NCBI GenBank assembly: GCA_035473115.1
Contig: DATION010000001.1
Location: forward strand, 461 to 64,460
Reading direction: 5' to 3'
Length of the DNA stretch: 64,000 nucleotides
Origin: Candidatus Udaeobacter sp.
GTDB lineage: Bacteria > Patescibacteriota > Patescibacteriia > Magasanikbacterales > GWA2-37-8
The position numbers and the translations under genes were made by a program. The notes under the pieces were generated by a model. That model ran no database searches. It saw only the letters and a program-made list of their open reading frames with translations, and was not told the DNA's origin. Each line of letters opens with the position of its first letter. Within the stretch, counting starts at the first letter, position 1. This document shows, piece after piece, positions 18,654-27,841 of this stretch.

Positions 18654-19147
18654 AAATCATAGTACGTATTAATGAAACACTTTATAAGCGCATGCTCGCT
18701 GATTTGAAGCGCTCACATCCAACCGCCTTTGAGCGAGTGGGTTTTGCTTTTGCAAAACAAGGCAAGGTGTCTAAAGAAGAGGTCCTTATCTTGTTTTGCG
18801 ACTACCTGTCATTACCAGATGGCTGTTATGTGGCTGATGAAAATGTAGGAGCGCAGATAAATTCAACCGGAATCAATATGGCGATGCAAAAAATTCTTGA
18901 CGAGCAGCAAGGCGCCTTCCATGTTCACCTGCATGATTGGCCGGGCAAGCCCAATTTGAGCTTAACTGATGTCGGCGGTATTTTACCTCTAATCCCAGGG
19001 TTTCAGGCTGTAGGGCCGCAACTGCCGCACGGTGTCCTTCTTCTTAGTCGAGACAGTGTAATTTGTTATGTTTGGCTTCCTGGTTCGGGCCAGCTATTGG
19101 CAGAAAAAATTACGATTGTAGGCAAACAAATGAAATTTTATGCTTGA
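18650..19147 (+). CDS. JAB/MPN-like isopeptidase, BilC/BubC-like
   Basis: GTGA overlap with E2 stop; ERVGF and HVHLH...SxTD JAMM-like motif. Confidence 0.75.
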   Translation: MKIIVRINETLYKRMLADLKRSHPTAFERVGFAFAKQGKVSKEEVLILFCDYLSLPDGCYVADENVGAQINSTGINMAMQKILDEQQGAFHVHLHDWPGKPNLSLTDVGGILPLIPGFQAVGPQLPHGVLLLSRDSVICYVWLPGSGQLLAEKITIVGKQMKFYA

Positions 19148-19943
19148 TGAACAATATTCACGACAATCATTCCTGGGGGGTAGTGTTCAAAAAAGATTCC
19201 AGGCTGTCAAGGTTGCGATAATCGGTCTTGGGGGTGGCGGTTCGCATATAGCGCAACAATTAGCGCACTTGGGAATTTTGAATTATGTTTTATACGATCC
19301 GCAAACTATCGAACTATCCAACTTAAACAGGATGGTCGGAGCGCGCCGTTCTGATGTCGGTGCTTTAAAAATTTTAGTCGCACAAAGAATAATTTTAGAT
19401 ATTCAACCCAAGGCAAATGTCTATGTTGTTGCCGATCGTTGGCAAAAAATGCCTGAGCTTTTACGTGGATGTGATATTATTTTTGGATGCGTAGACACTT
19501 TTAAAGATAGGAATGAATTAGAAGCTAGCGCGAGGCGTTATCTCATTCCATACATTGATATCGGAATGGATATTTTTAAAATTGGCAATGAGCTTCCGCG
19601 AATGGTTGGGCAAGTAATTTTGTCATTACCTGGATCTCATTGTTTACGGTGTCTGGATTTTATTACCGAACAAAATTTGGGAAACGAGGCAAGTAACTAC
19701 GGGGCTGCTGGTGGTCGTCCGCAGGTCGTTTGGCCAAATGGTATCCTAGCTTCGTCGGCTGTGGGTCTTGCAGTGAGCATGATAACAGGGTGGAATGAAA
19801 CAAATAATTTTCCAATATATTTATCTTATGACGGTAACAGTATGTGCGTTACCCGACACATACGATTAGATTATGAGTTGCCAGAAAAATGTGAGCACTT
19901 TCCTCCCAGTAAGGTCGGTGAACCAGAATATAAGAATGTTTAG
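19140..19943 (+). CDS. ThiF/E1 adenylyltransferase, BilD/BubD-like
   Basis: YSRQ, GLGGGGS, DPQ..ELSNLNR, GCVD, CLRC. Confidence 0.92.
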   Translation: MLDEQYSRQSFLGGSVQKRFQAVKVAIIGLGGGGSHIAQQLAHLGILNYVLYDPQTIELSNLNRMVGARRSDVGALKILVAQRIILDIQPKANVYVVADRWQKMPELLRGCDIIFGCVDTFKDRNELEASARRYLIPYIDIGMDIFKIGNELPRMVGQVILSLPGSHCLRCLDFITEQNLGNEASNYGAAGGRPQVVWPNGILASSAVGLAVSMITGWNETNNFPIYLSYDGNSMCVTRHIRLDYELPEKCEHFPPSKVGEPEYKNV

Positions 19944-20004
19944 ATGTTTTAATCAAAAGAAAACTGACCGTAGGGGGGGTCGTTGGCTATACAGAATAAA
20001 TTTG

Positions 20005-20076
20005 CTCCGGGGGCTGGACTCGAACCAGCGAAATCCACGTTAACAGCGTGGCGTTGTACCACTCAACTACCCCGGA
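20005..20076 (-). tRNA. tRNA-Asn(GTT), CCA not encoded
   Basis: Cloverleaf: TCCGGGG/CCCCGGA acceptor, CCACG-CTGTTAA-CGTGG anticodon arm, GGTTCGAGTCC T arm. Confidence 0.95.
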
Positions 20077-20293
20077 ATAAAATGCAAAAGCCCACTTTCG
20101 TGGGCATAGTTTTTATATTAAAACTACACCTGTCTCAGCAGTTATTATTATTCACCAAATTATTGTTAATTATTTTCATATAGTTTATCTTAAATCTTTT
20201 GAGTTTTTCTGTCAATTTATTCTCAGTATTTTATCTATTAAAATTTGCAATTAACGTCTTTTATGATAGTTTATAGAGAAAGCGAGGCATCCG

Positions 20294-20770
20294 ATGGCGA
20301 ATCAAAAAGTTGTCGAGATCTGCATTTCTCCTGTAAAGGGAGAACCCATGCAAAGTGTAGAGCAAGTTTTGGCTGTGGCCGGACGCGGCCTTAAAGGAGA
20401 TCGTTACTTCGCAGGTGAAGGCAGCTATAGTCAAGGAAAGGTAGGAAAGCGTCAGGTGACCCTGATGAATGCGAGGTTTTTCAGGACTACAGACAAGGCT
20501 GCCAATTTTACCTTTGCTGATAGTCGGCGGAATATTTTTACTGATGGAGTAGAGTTGATGTGGTTGATTGGGCGTGAGTTTTATATTGGTGCGGCTGGTT
20601 TTAGAGGGATAAAGTATTGCGATCCTTGCAAGCGCCCTAGCCATTTGGCAGGTCTGAATGATAATTTTGCGGATGTTTTTCATGATGTAGGAGGCTTGGT
20701 AGCCGAGGTTGTGGTTACAGGATTGATTCGAGTTAATGATTCAATCATTACTCCGCCAAAAGGCTATTGA
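20294..20770 (+). CDS. MOSC domain protein
   Basis: GLKGDRY, RQVTL, RRNI, CDPCKRP, GGL. Confidence 0.9.
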   Translation: MANQKVVEICISPVKGEPMQSVEQVLAVAGRGLKGDRYFAGEGSYSQGKVGKRQVTLMNARFFRTTDKAANFTFADSRRNIFTDGVELMWLIGREFYIGAAGFRGIKYCDPCKRPSHLAGLNDNFADVFHDVGGLVAEVVVTGLIRVNDSIITPPKGY

Positions 20771-20789
20771 AATACAAGAAGGAGAGCTA

Positions 20790-20930
20790 ATGTGGAACAT
20801 TGTTCTAGCTGTTTTTGCAGGGCTAGGCGTGATCGGAGCCTTTTATTCTATCCTAGGGCTGATCCGCCGTGAGCGCGCAATGCGTAACTTGCATCGCCAG
20901 GTCGCAGAAGCTGGCCGTAAGAAAACGTAG
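20790..20930 (+). CDS. Small single-TM protein
   Basis: SD AAGGAG then ATG 20790; MWNIVLAVFAGLGVIGAFYSILGL + basic tail; hairpin and T run at 20951-20986. Confidence 0.6.
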   Translation: MWNIVLAVFAGLGVIGAFYSILGLIRRERAMRNLHRQVAEAGRKKT

Positions 20931-21059
20931 CCTGTTTGTTCTTTATTCGGCGAGGTAAGCAGACGATGCTGCCTCTTTGTTTTTTTAAATTCAAACTTGT
21001 CATTATCATATTTTATTGCTAATCTATTAGAATAGTTCGATATTTATATTTGAGGATGT

Positions 21060-22298
21060 ATGCAATATTCAAATCTTTTCGGTAAAACTACTAAAAATGT
21101 TCAGGCAGATGCCGATAGCGCCAATGCCAAACTGCTTACTCAGGGCGGATTTGTGGATCAAGAAATGGCTGGTGTTTATACCTGGCTGCCTTTGGGTTTA
21201 AATGTTTTGCGCAAAGTAGAGCAGATTGTGCGTGAAGAAATGAATGCGCTGGGAGCTTTAGAAGTATTTATGCCAAGTTTGCAACCAAAAGAGTACTGGG
21301 AAAAAACCAAACGTTGGGAAAACGTAGATATTCTTTTTAAAATAAAATCACAAACTGAAAAAGATTATGCTTTGGGCTGTTCTCACGAAGAAGTGGTGAC
21401 TCCGCTCGTACAAAAATTTATTCATTCCTATAAAGAATTGCCGCTGGCTGTTTATCAGATAAACACTAAATTTAGAGATGAGCTGCGGGCAAAATCCGGC
21501 GTGTTGCGCGGACGAGAATTTCGGATGAAGGACATGTATAGCTTTCATACCACTCAGGAAGATTTAAATAATTTTTATCAGCGCACTTTGCAGGCTTATG
21601 TAAAAGTTTTTTCTCGCTGTGGTATAGAAGTCAAAGTTGTTCAGGCCAGCGGCGGCATATTTACTTCCAATATTAGTCATGAATTTCAAGCCATTACTCC
21701 GGCCGGCGAAGACGTATTGTTGGCTTGTGAAAAATGTTCCTTTGGTCAAAATATAGAAGTGGCCACTGTTAAAGAAGGCGACGCCTGTCCACAGTGCGGC
21801 GGAAAAATTATTAAAACCAAAGGCATTGAAGTCGGTAATATTTTTGATTTGGGAACTAAGTATAGTGACTCTTTTAAATTTGAAGTAAATAATGCGGAAG
21901 GAAAAACTCAAAGATTAATTATGGGTTGCTATGGAATCGGCACATCTCGTTTGGTCGGAGCAGTTGTGGAAACATTCCATGATGAAAAAGGAATTATCTG
22001 GCCAAAATCCGTAGCTCCATATCAAGTTCATTTGGTTTCTTTGGGAGCAGATGAGAACGTGCAGGTGGAAGCGGAAAAATTATATAACCAATTGTTAGAA
22101 AAAGGCATAGAAGTTTTGTGGGATGATCGAGACGCTTCAGCCGGAGCCAAATTAGCGGATGCGGATTTAATTGGTGTTCCAACCCGGCTGGTTATTTCCA
22201 AAAAAACTTTGGCCGATGACAGTGTTGAATTAAAAGAGAGAAATAAAAATGAAGCAGAGATGATAAAGATAAGCGAGTTGATGGAAAAGTTAAAATAA
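21060..22298 (+). CDS. proS: Prolyl-tRNA synthetase (short form, no editing insertion)
   Basis: KFRDELR...LRGREFRMKDMYSF, IEVGNIF.LGTKYS, MGCYGIG..R, anticodon-binding domain. Confidence 0.97.
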   Translation: MQYSNLFGKTTKNVQADADSANAKLLTQGGFVDQEMAGVYTWLPLGLNVLRKVEQIVREEMNALGALEVFMPSLQPKEYWEKTKRWENVDILFKIKSQTEKDYALGCSHEEVVTPLVQKFIHSYKELPLAVYQINTKFRDELRAKSGVLRGREFRMKDMYSFHTTQEDLNNFYQRTLQAYVKVFSRCGIEVKVVQASGGIFTSNISHEFQAITPAGEDVLLACEKCSFGQNIEVATVKEGDACPQCGGKIIKTKGIEVGNIFDLGTKYSDSFKFEVNNAEGKTQRLIMGCYGIGTSRLVGAVVETFHDEKGIIWPKSVAPYQVHLVSLGADENVQVEAEKLYNQLLEKGIEVLWDDRDASAGAKLADADLIGVPTRLVISKKTLADDSVELKERNKNEAEMIKISELMEKLK

Positions 22299-22317
22299 AA
22301 TTTTAAATAAAAATTAA

Positions 22318-22355
22318 AACAAAAAACAGCCTTTGATTAAAACGCTGTTTTTTGT
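22318..22355. repeat. 38-bp direct repeat copy 1 (terminator-like palindrome)
   Basis: AACAAAAAACAGCCTTTGATTAAAACGCTGTTTTTTGT, identical to 23479-23516. Confidence 0.9.
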
Positions 22356-22461
22356 TTTTGTCCCGACCCATGCTTCACAGCTTTGGTCAGGACGAGTTGA
22401 GTATCCGCTTCACTTCAGGAGAACGATTTCGTTCTCAGTGAAGTAGAAGTCGGATCTTCTG

Positions 22462-23244
22462 TCAGTAGGCGACTCGCCACCTATTCCAGTGGCGGTGCTT
22501 CTTGTACTGATCACCATCATGACCACGGCGCATTTTGCGAACGCCGTGGTATTTAGATTCGATAGCGATCATCTCATCTTTGGTCATACGGTAGTAGCGG
22601 TCAGCGAAGTCGCCGTACCGCTCCTCGATCTTGTCCATCTCCACCTGCCTGATCCAGGCCTCTTCCAGCTGATCACCCTGTAGCTCGGTGATCATGCCGT
22701 ACTCGATCAGCCCAGCGGTGGCACTGATCAGTACTGCATCGATCAGAGGCATGAATCCATGACGGAGAGCGTACAGCGCCTGCAGCGCCGAATCGAGGTA
22801 CTTCTTCTTGAAATCCTCGATCTGCATCTGGCGCAGTGTCTCCTTCCTGAACTCTTCCTCTGCTTGGCGCTCTCGCTCAGCCCGCTGCTTGCGATCTTCC
22901 ACCTCAGCCTTGAGTGTGGAGATCAGCAGCGGCATTTGGTTCACCCACCGCTCGAGCCCGTCCACTTGCGTGGGGATGGGTCGGGCGGCGAGCGCGCGAA
23001 CCTGATCTCGGAACTCGCTGTCTGCGTCCGTTCCGTGCGGACAGTGCGAAGCCAGGTTGAGAACCTGCTCCTTGAACTGTTCCGCCGATCGGACGAGTTC
23101 ACGGCGACGCAGTTCGCCGCTTCGCTCCAGTTCCTGGAGCTGTTGAGCGGCTTCAGCTGCAGCCCGTGCCTGTTGGGCGCGGAGGTGGGTGGTCGTGTAT
23201 GACGACGACCGGCTGCTGACGATGACTTCGACCTTGCGTGGCAT
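22462..23244 (-). CDS. GC-rich hypothetical coiled-coil protein with basic C-terminus
   Basis: SD AGGAG before ATG; GC3-rich codons; longest plausible frame. Confidence 0.75.
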   Translation of the reverse strand: MPRKVEVIVSSRSSSYTTTHLRAQQARAAAEAAQQLQELERSGELRRRELVRSAEQFKEQVLNLASHCPHGTDADSEFRDQVRALAARPIPTQVDGLERWVNQMPLLISTLKAEVEDRKQRAERERQAEEEFRKETLRQMQIEDFKKKYLDSALQALYALRHGFMPLIDAVLISATAGLIEYGMITELQGDQLEEAWIRQVEMDKIEERYGDFADRYYRMTKDEMIAIESKYHGVRKMRRGHDGDQYKKHRHWNRWRVAY

Positions 23245-23444
23245 CTGATGTCTCCTGTTGAAGTTGCGGTTGCCCGCACTTCTTCAGGTTGAACACCATT
23301 TGCCATGACGTTGACGTGCGGGGGAAATTGTCTTTTGTACTTCCCCTTTATAACTTCCAGATCATGTTGGTTTTCTCCTTCTCGGGTGGTTTTCCCGCAA
23401 AAAATAGTTATGGATAATTAGCTTTTGCAGAAAAACAACTGTAA

Positions 23445-23473
23445 ATCTTAGCAGGAATATAGTTTTTTGTCAA
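23445..23473 (-). promoter_or_regulatory. sigma70 promoter for 22462-23244 unit
   Basis: TTGACA-17-TAAGAT with extended TG. Confidence 0.8.
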
Positions 23474-23478
23474 GATGG

Positions 23479-23516
23479 AACAAAAAACAGCCTTTGATTA
23501 AAACGCTGTTTTTTGT
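23479..23516. repeat. 38-bp direct repeat copy 2
   Basis: Identical to 22318-22355. Confidence 0.9.
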
Positions 23517-23565
23517 GTTGGCCACGACTCCCTCCGTGAGTCATGGCGGATGTTGTACAACTACT

Positions 23566-24258
23566 TCAGCCGCCCTTTTTTCCTCGGCCCCCGCGCGCTG
23601 CCGCGCGGTGAACTTTGGCTCTCGCTGCCTTGTAGGCAGCGTGGGCCTTGGCCCCCGCGCTTGTGCCCGTGCTGGACTGCTTCGGCTGGTTCTCCTCGAG
23701 CCACTTCTCGTCCTGACAGCCATCGGCCATGCAGAACTTGAAGGAGACGGGGATCACTGCCTGGCAGCCCTGGCCAGAGCATCGGTGTCCGCAGTCCGAA
23801 CAGTAGTTCGGACCTTCGACTGGGAGTTCCGCGCCGCATCCATTCCCTTTGCAGAGTTTGGTAGTTGGCGCGAAGCTCTTGCATCCTTGGCAGAGCGGGT
23901 ACCATGTCGGGATCTGCCGACCACATCCACCCTTGCATGGGTGAATGCAGTCGTCACAGAGACCGAATCGTTTCCCGACCCGCACCTGGTTGGTGCATTG
24001 AGTGCCAGTTTCCGGATGTTCCCGGTTGCGGCACTGCTGGGTCTGGACAACGACTCGATCGGCCTTGGGTGGCGGTGCAGACTTCATGATGGTTGGTTCG
24101 GGCGTTGTTGCATCGCCCTCCTCCATCACAGCCGTGTGGATGGTCGCCTGTGGCGAGGCCGCTGGCGCCTCGCAGTTGGCGACTGCCTGGACAGGCTGGG
24201 TCTGCATGAGCACAGCAGAGAGAACTTCTTCCAGAACGTTGACGAGATCAGTGAGCAT
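23566..24258 (-). CDS. GC-rich multi-CxxC (zinc-ribbon-like) protein with basic tail
   Basis: SD GAGGAG before ATG 24258; CDDC, CKGGC, CQGC, CKGNGC, CSDC, CSGQGC, CMADGC; ends ARGGRGKKGG. Confidence 0.75.
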   Translation of the reverse strand: MLTDLVNVLEEVLSAVLMQTQPVQAVANCEAPAASPQATIHTAVMEEGDATTPEPTIMKSAPPPKADRVVVQTQQCRNREHPETGTQCTNQVRVGKRFGLCDDCIHPCKGGCGRQIPTWYPLCQGCKSFAPTTKLCKGNGCGAELPVEGPNYCSDCGHRCSGQGCQAVIPVSFKFCMADGCQDEKWLEENQPKQSSTGTSAGAKAHAAYKAARAKVHRAAARGGRGKKGG

Positions 24259-24516
24259 GAGAATCTCCTCGTGGGATGTAGTGAACGGGAATGAACCGCA
24301 CACTACTTCCCTGAGAGATCATCTCGTGATCACTAGGTTGATGTGCGGTAGATATTCACAAGCATAAAGCTTCAACGAAAATTTGGTTGTCGTTCCATGA
24401 TCCCCTCCGTAGGTAATTGTACAATGAACGCGGAAACGGCCGTCCGAAGGACAGTTATTCCGACGGAAAGAATTTTTTCCTTTCCCTAGGAACAACTTTC
24501 ATATGAGTAATAAAAG

Positions 24517-24545
24517 AGCATACTATAAAAAAGTATTTTTGTCAA
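24517..24545 (-). promoter_or_regulatory. sigma70 promoter for 23566-24258 unit
   Basis: TTGACA-17-TATGCT. Confidence 0.7.
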
Positions 24546-24610
24546 GTATGGGCTGGAGAATAAAAAACTGCCATTTCAGGCAGTTTTTTAATTTTTATTT
24601 TGATTTATAT

Positions 24611-25027
24611 TTAAAGATTTTCATCCTTTCGGCGCAGTATTCTCCAGTGAAATATAAATAAAGGGATGGCAACTACAATCAGGGAAATATCACGAACTAC
24701 GCTCATCTGTTTTTGCGCCAAGCGGCTGGCTTCTTGCTGCTTAGCATTGATCTCATTTTGTTTTTCGCATTGCTCTTTAGGCATTGTGGTAATGGTATTG
24801 TCCGGGCCAGGTCTAACAGCTACGGTGGTAGTTGTTAGATCTGCGCAGACCATAGGAATCGAGTAGTATATATTTTTGTCTGCCTGAGTAAACACCCAAG
24901 TTTTTAAAGCGATATTTATAATATCGGAAGTAGAAAATACCAGGATCATTAAGGCTACAAAAGATACCAAATAAAAGTATAAATTTTTTATAGTTTTTCC
25001 GGTTGATGCTGTAGGTTGATTATCCAT
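24611..25027 (-). CDS. Two-TM hypothetical protein (DUF5671-like)
   Basis: IKNLYFYLVSFVAL ... IPLFIFHWR. Confidence 0.75.
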   Translation of the reverse strand: MDNQPTASTGKTIKNLYFYLVSFVALMILVFSTSDIINIALKTWVFTQADKNIYYSIPMVCADLTTTTVAVRPGPDNTITTMPKEQCEKQNEINAKQQEASRLAQKQMSVVRDISLIVVAIPLFIFHWRILRRKDENL

Positions 25028-25051
25028 ATTTATATTTTTGACAGGAATAGT

Positions 25052-25183
25052 TTAGACTGCTTTTGGTTTATTTGTTCCATTTTTAATTTCATCAAGCGCG
25101 GCTTTAAGGTTTTTAATTTCATTTTTCATTTCCTTTAGAAATACCAAGTTTACAATTGTCAGGGCCAAAATTGCGATTGTCAT
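25052..25183 (-). CDS. 43-aa single-TM/coiled-coil small protein (not in ORF track)
   Basis: MTIAILALTIVNLVFLKEMKNEIKNLKAALDEIKNGTNKPKAV*, fills gap between trpS and next gene. Confidence 0.55.
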   Translation of the reverse strand: MTIAILALTIVNLVFLKEMKNEIKNLKAALDEIKNGTNKPKAV

Positions 25184-25201
25184 ATTTTTTATAATTTTTT
25201 T

Positions 25202-26176
25202 TTAAATTAAACCAATTTTTGTTTTTACTTCTTCCGTTTTTTTCCGAGCGATTATTTCGGCTTTCTTGGCGCCATCGGCCAAAATAGCTTGGACTTTAGT
25301 GTCATCCAAAGCATTAAATTTTGTTTGGAAATTAGCCGTAAATTCCATAATTACTGCGGATAGACCTTTTTTAAAATCCGCGTAACCTTTGCCATTATAT
25401 TCTTTCTCTATATTTTTTATAGTTTGGCCGGAGAGAAGGGAATAGATGGTAAGCAAATTGGTTAATGCTGGTCGGTCGGCGCCAGACTCAATGGTTGAGC
25501 CGGAATCGGTCACGGCACGGCTGATTTTTTTGGCAATAACTTCCGGAGAATCAAGTAGGGCAATAAAATTATTTGGGCTGGTGGCACTTTTGCTCATTTT
25601 TTTACTTGCGTCATCCAGGCCCATGATGCGCGCCCCTTCTTTTTTGATTAATGGTTCTGGTTCAATAAAAGTTTTGCCATAAAGAGAATTAAAACGAGCC
25701 GCCAAATCACGAGTTAGTTCGACATGTTGTTTTTGATCTTCACCGACTGGCACAACTTGCGTGTCATAAAGCAAAATATCTGCGGCCATTAGGGCAGGGT
25801 AAGCAAATAATCCTAGATTAATATTTTCTTTATGTTGTTTGGCCTTATCTTTAAACTGAGTCATTCGTTCCAATTCAGACATTTTCGCAATCGTATTCAA
25901 AACCCAAGCCAATTCAGTATGTTGTGGCACATGCGACTGCACAAAAATAGTTGATTTGTTTGGATCAAGCCCCAAAGCTAAATAAGTTTTGGCGGTATTT
26001 AAAATATTTTGGCGGAGCTGTTTGGGATCTTGTTTGATGGTAATGGCATGCAGGTCAACCACGCAATAAAAAGAATCATAGGAGTTTTGCAGTTCAACCC
26101 AATTTTTAATGGCGCCCAAGTAGTTGCCCAGATGTATATTATTGGTTGGTTGGATGCCGGAGAAAATTCGTTGCAT
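25202..26176 (-). CDS. trpS: Tryptophanyl-tRNA synthetase
   Basis: SGIQPT..HLGN, YP.LMAADIL, GEDQ, KMSKS. Confidence 0.98.
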   Translation of the reverse strand: MQRIFSGIQPTNNIHLGNYLGAIKNWVELQNSYDSFYCVVDLHAITIKQDPKQLRQNILNTAKTYLALGLDPNKSTIFVQSHVPQHTELAWVLNTIAKMSELERMTQFKDKAKQHKENINLGLFAYPALMAADILLYDTQVVPVGEDQKQHVELTRDLAARFNSLYGKTFIEPEPLIKKEGARIMGLDDASKKMSKSATSPNNFIALLDSPEVIAKKISRAVTDSGSTIESGADRPALTNLLTIYSLLSGQTIKNIEKEYNGKGYADFKKGLSAVIMEFTANFQTKFNALDDTKVQAILADGAKKAEIIARKKTEEVKTKIGLI

Positions 26177-26308
26177 AGAGTTTCATTTTCAGAGAGTGTT
26201 TATTATAGGGATAGTTTACAGAATTTAACTTAGATTGTAAACAATATTTAAAAAATTGAACCCCGCGATGCCGGAGCATGCGGGGGCGGGCGGGAGAGGG
26301 TGGCCAAG

Positions 26309-26530
26309 TTAGTTGTACCTATGCCGCCTTCTTCGGTGATTGTGCTGGAAGTTACGAGGTTTGTTCCTGCCGCGTTGTGCGCGTTGTGAAATTTTCCAGC
26401 GTTTGGTTCCCGGGTAGAACACTTCAGACCGGGGAATGAAACCGTGTCCGGTTATCATGGTTCTATGTGGAGCTCGTTGCCCCATCATAATCCACCAGCA
26501 GGCGAAAGCCGGAATAAAATTAATGAACAT
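26309..26530 (-). CDS. Small Arg/His-rich hypothetical protein in its own GC-enriched unit
   Basis: Promoter TTGACT-16-TAAAAT (26586-26613), SD AAGGAG, GC hairpin at about 26260-26286. Confidence 0.55.
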   Translation of the reverse strand: MFINFIPAFACWWIMMGQRAPHRTMITGHGFIPRSEVFYPGTKRWKISQRAQRGRNKPRNFQHNHRRRRHRYN

Positions 26531-26615
26531 TTACTCTCCTTTGCAGAGAAGTTGTTGTGTTTTTTACTCTCCGTTTGATGACACAATTTTAACAGGTTTT
26601 TGTAAGCAGTCAAGC

Positions 26616-27779
<1,164 letters not shown>

Positions 27780-27841
27780 CTATCTTAGACGATTTTGTCT
27801 AAACAATCAAGCTGTGGTACTATCTTTCACATACTATTAAT

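Noticed and set aside
19983-20183. 66-aa ORF
   Set aside because: Antisense to tRNA-Asn
23467-24294. 275-aa plus-strand ORF
   Set aside because: Antisense shadow of the SD-led Zn-ribbon gene in GC-rich DNA; TTG start in a terminator region, no SD
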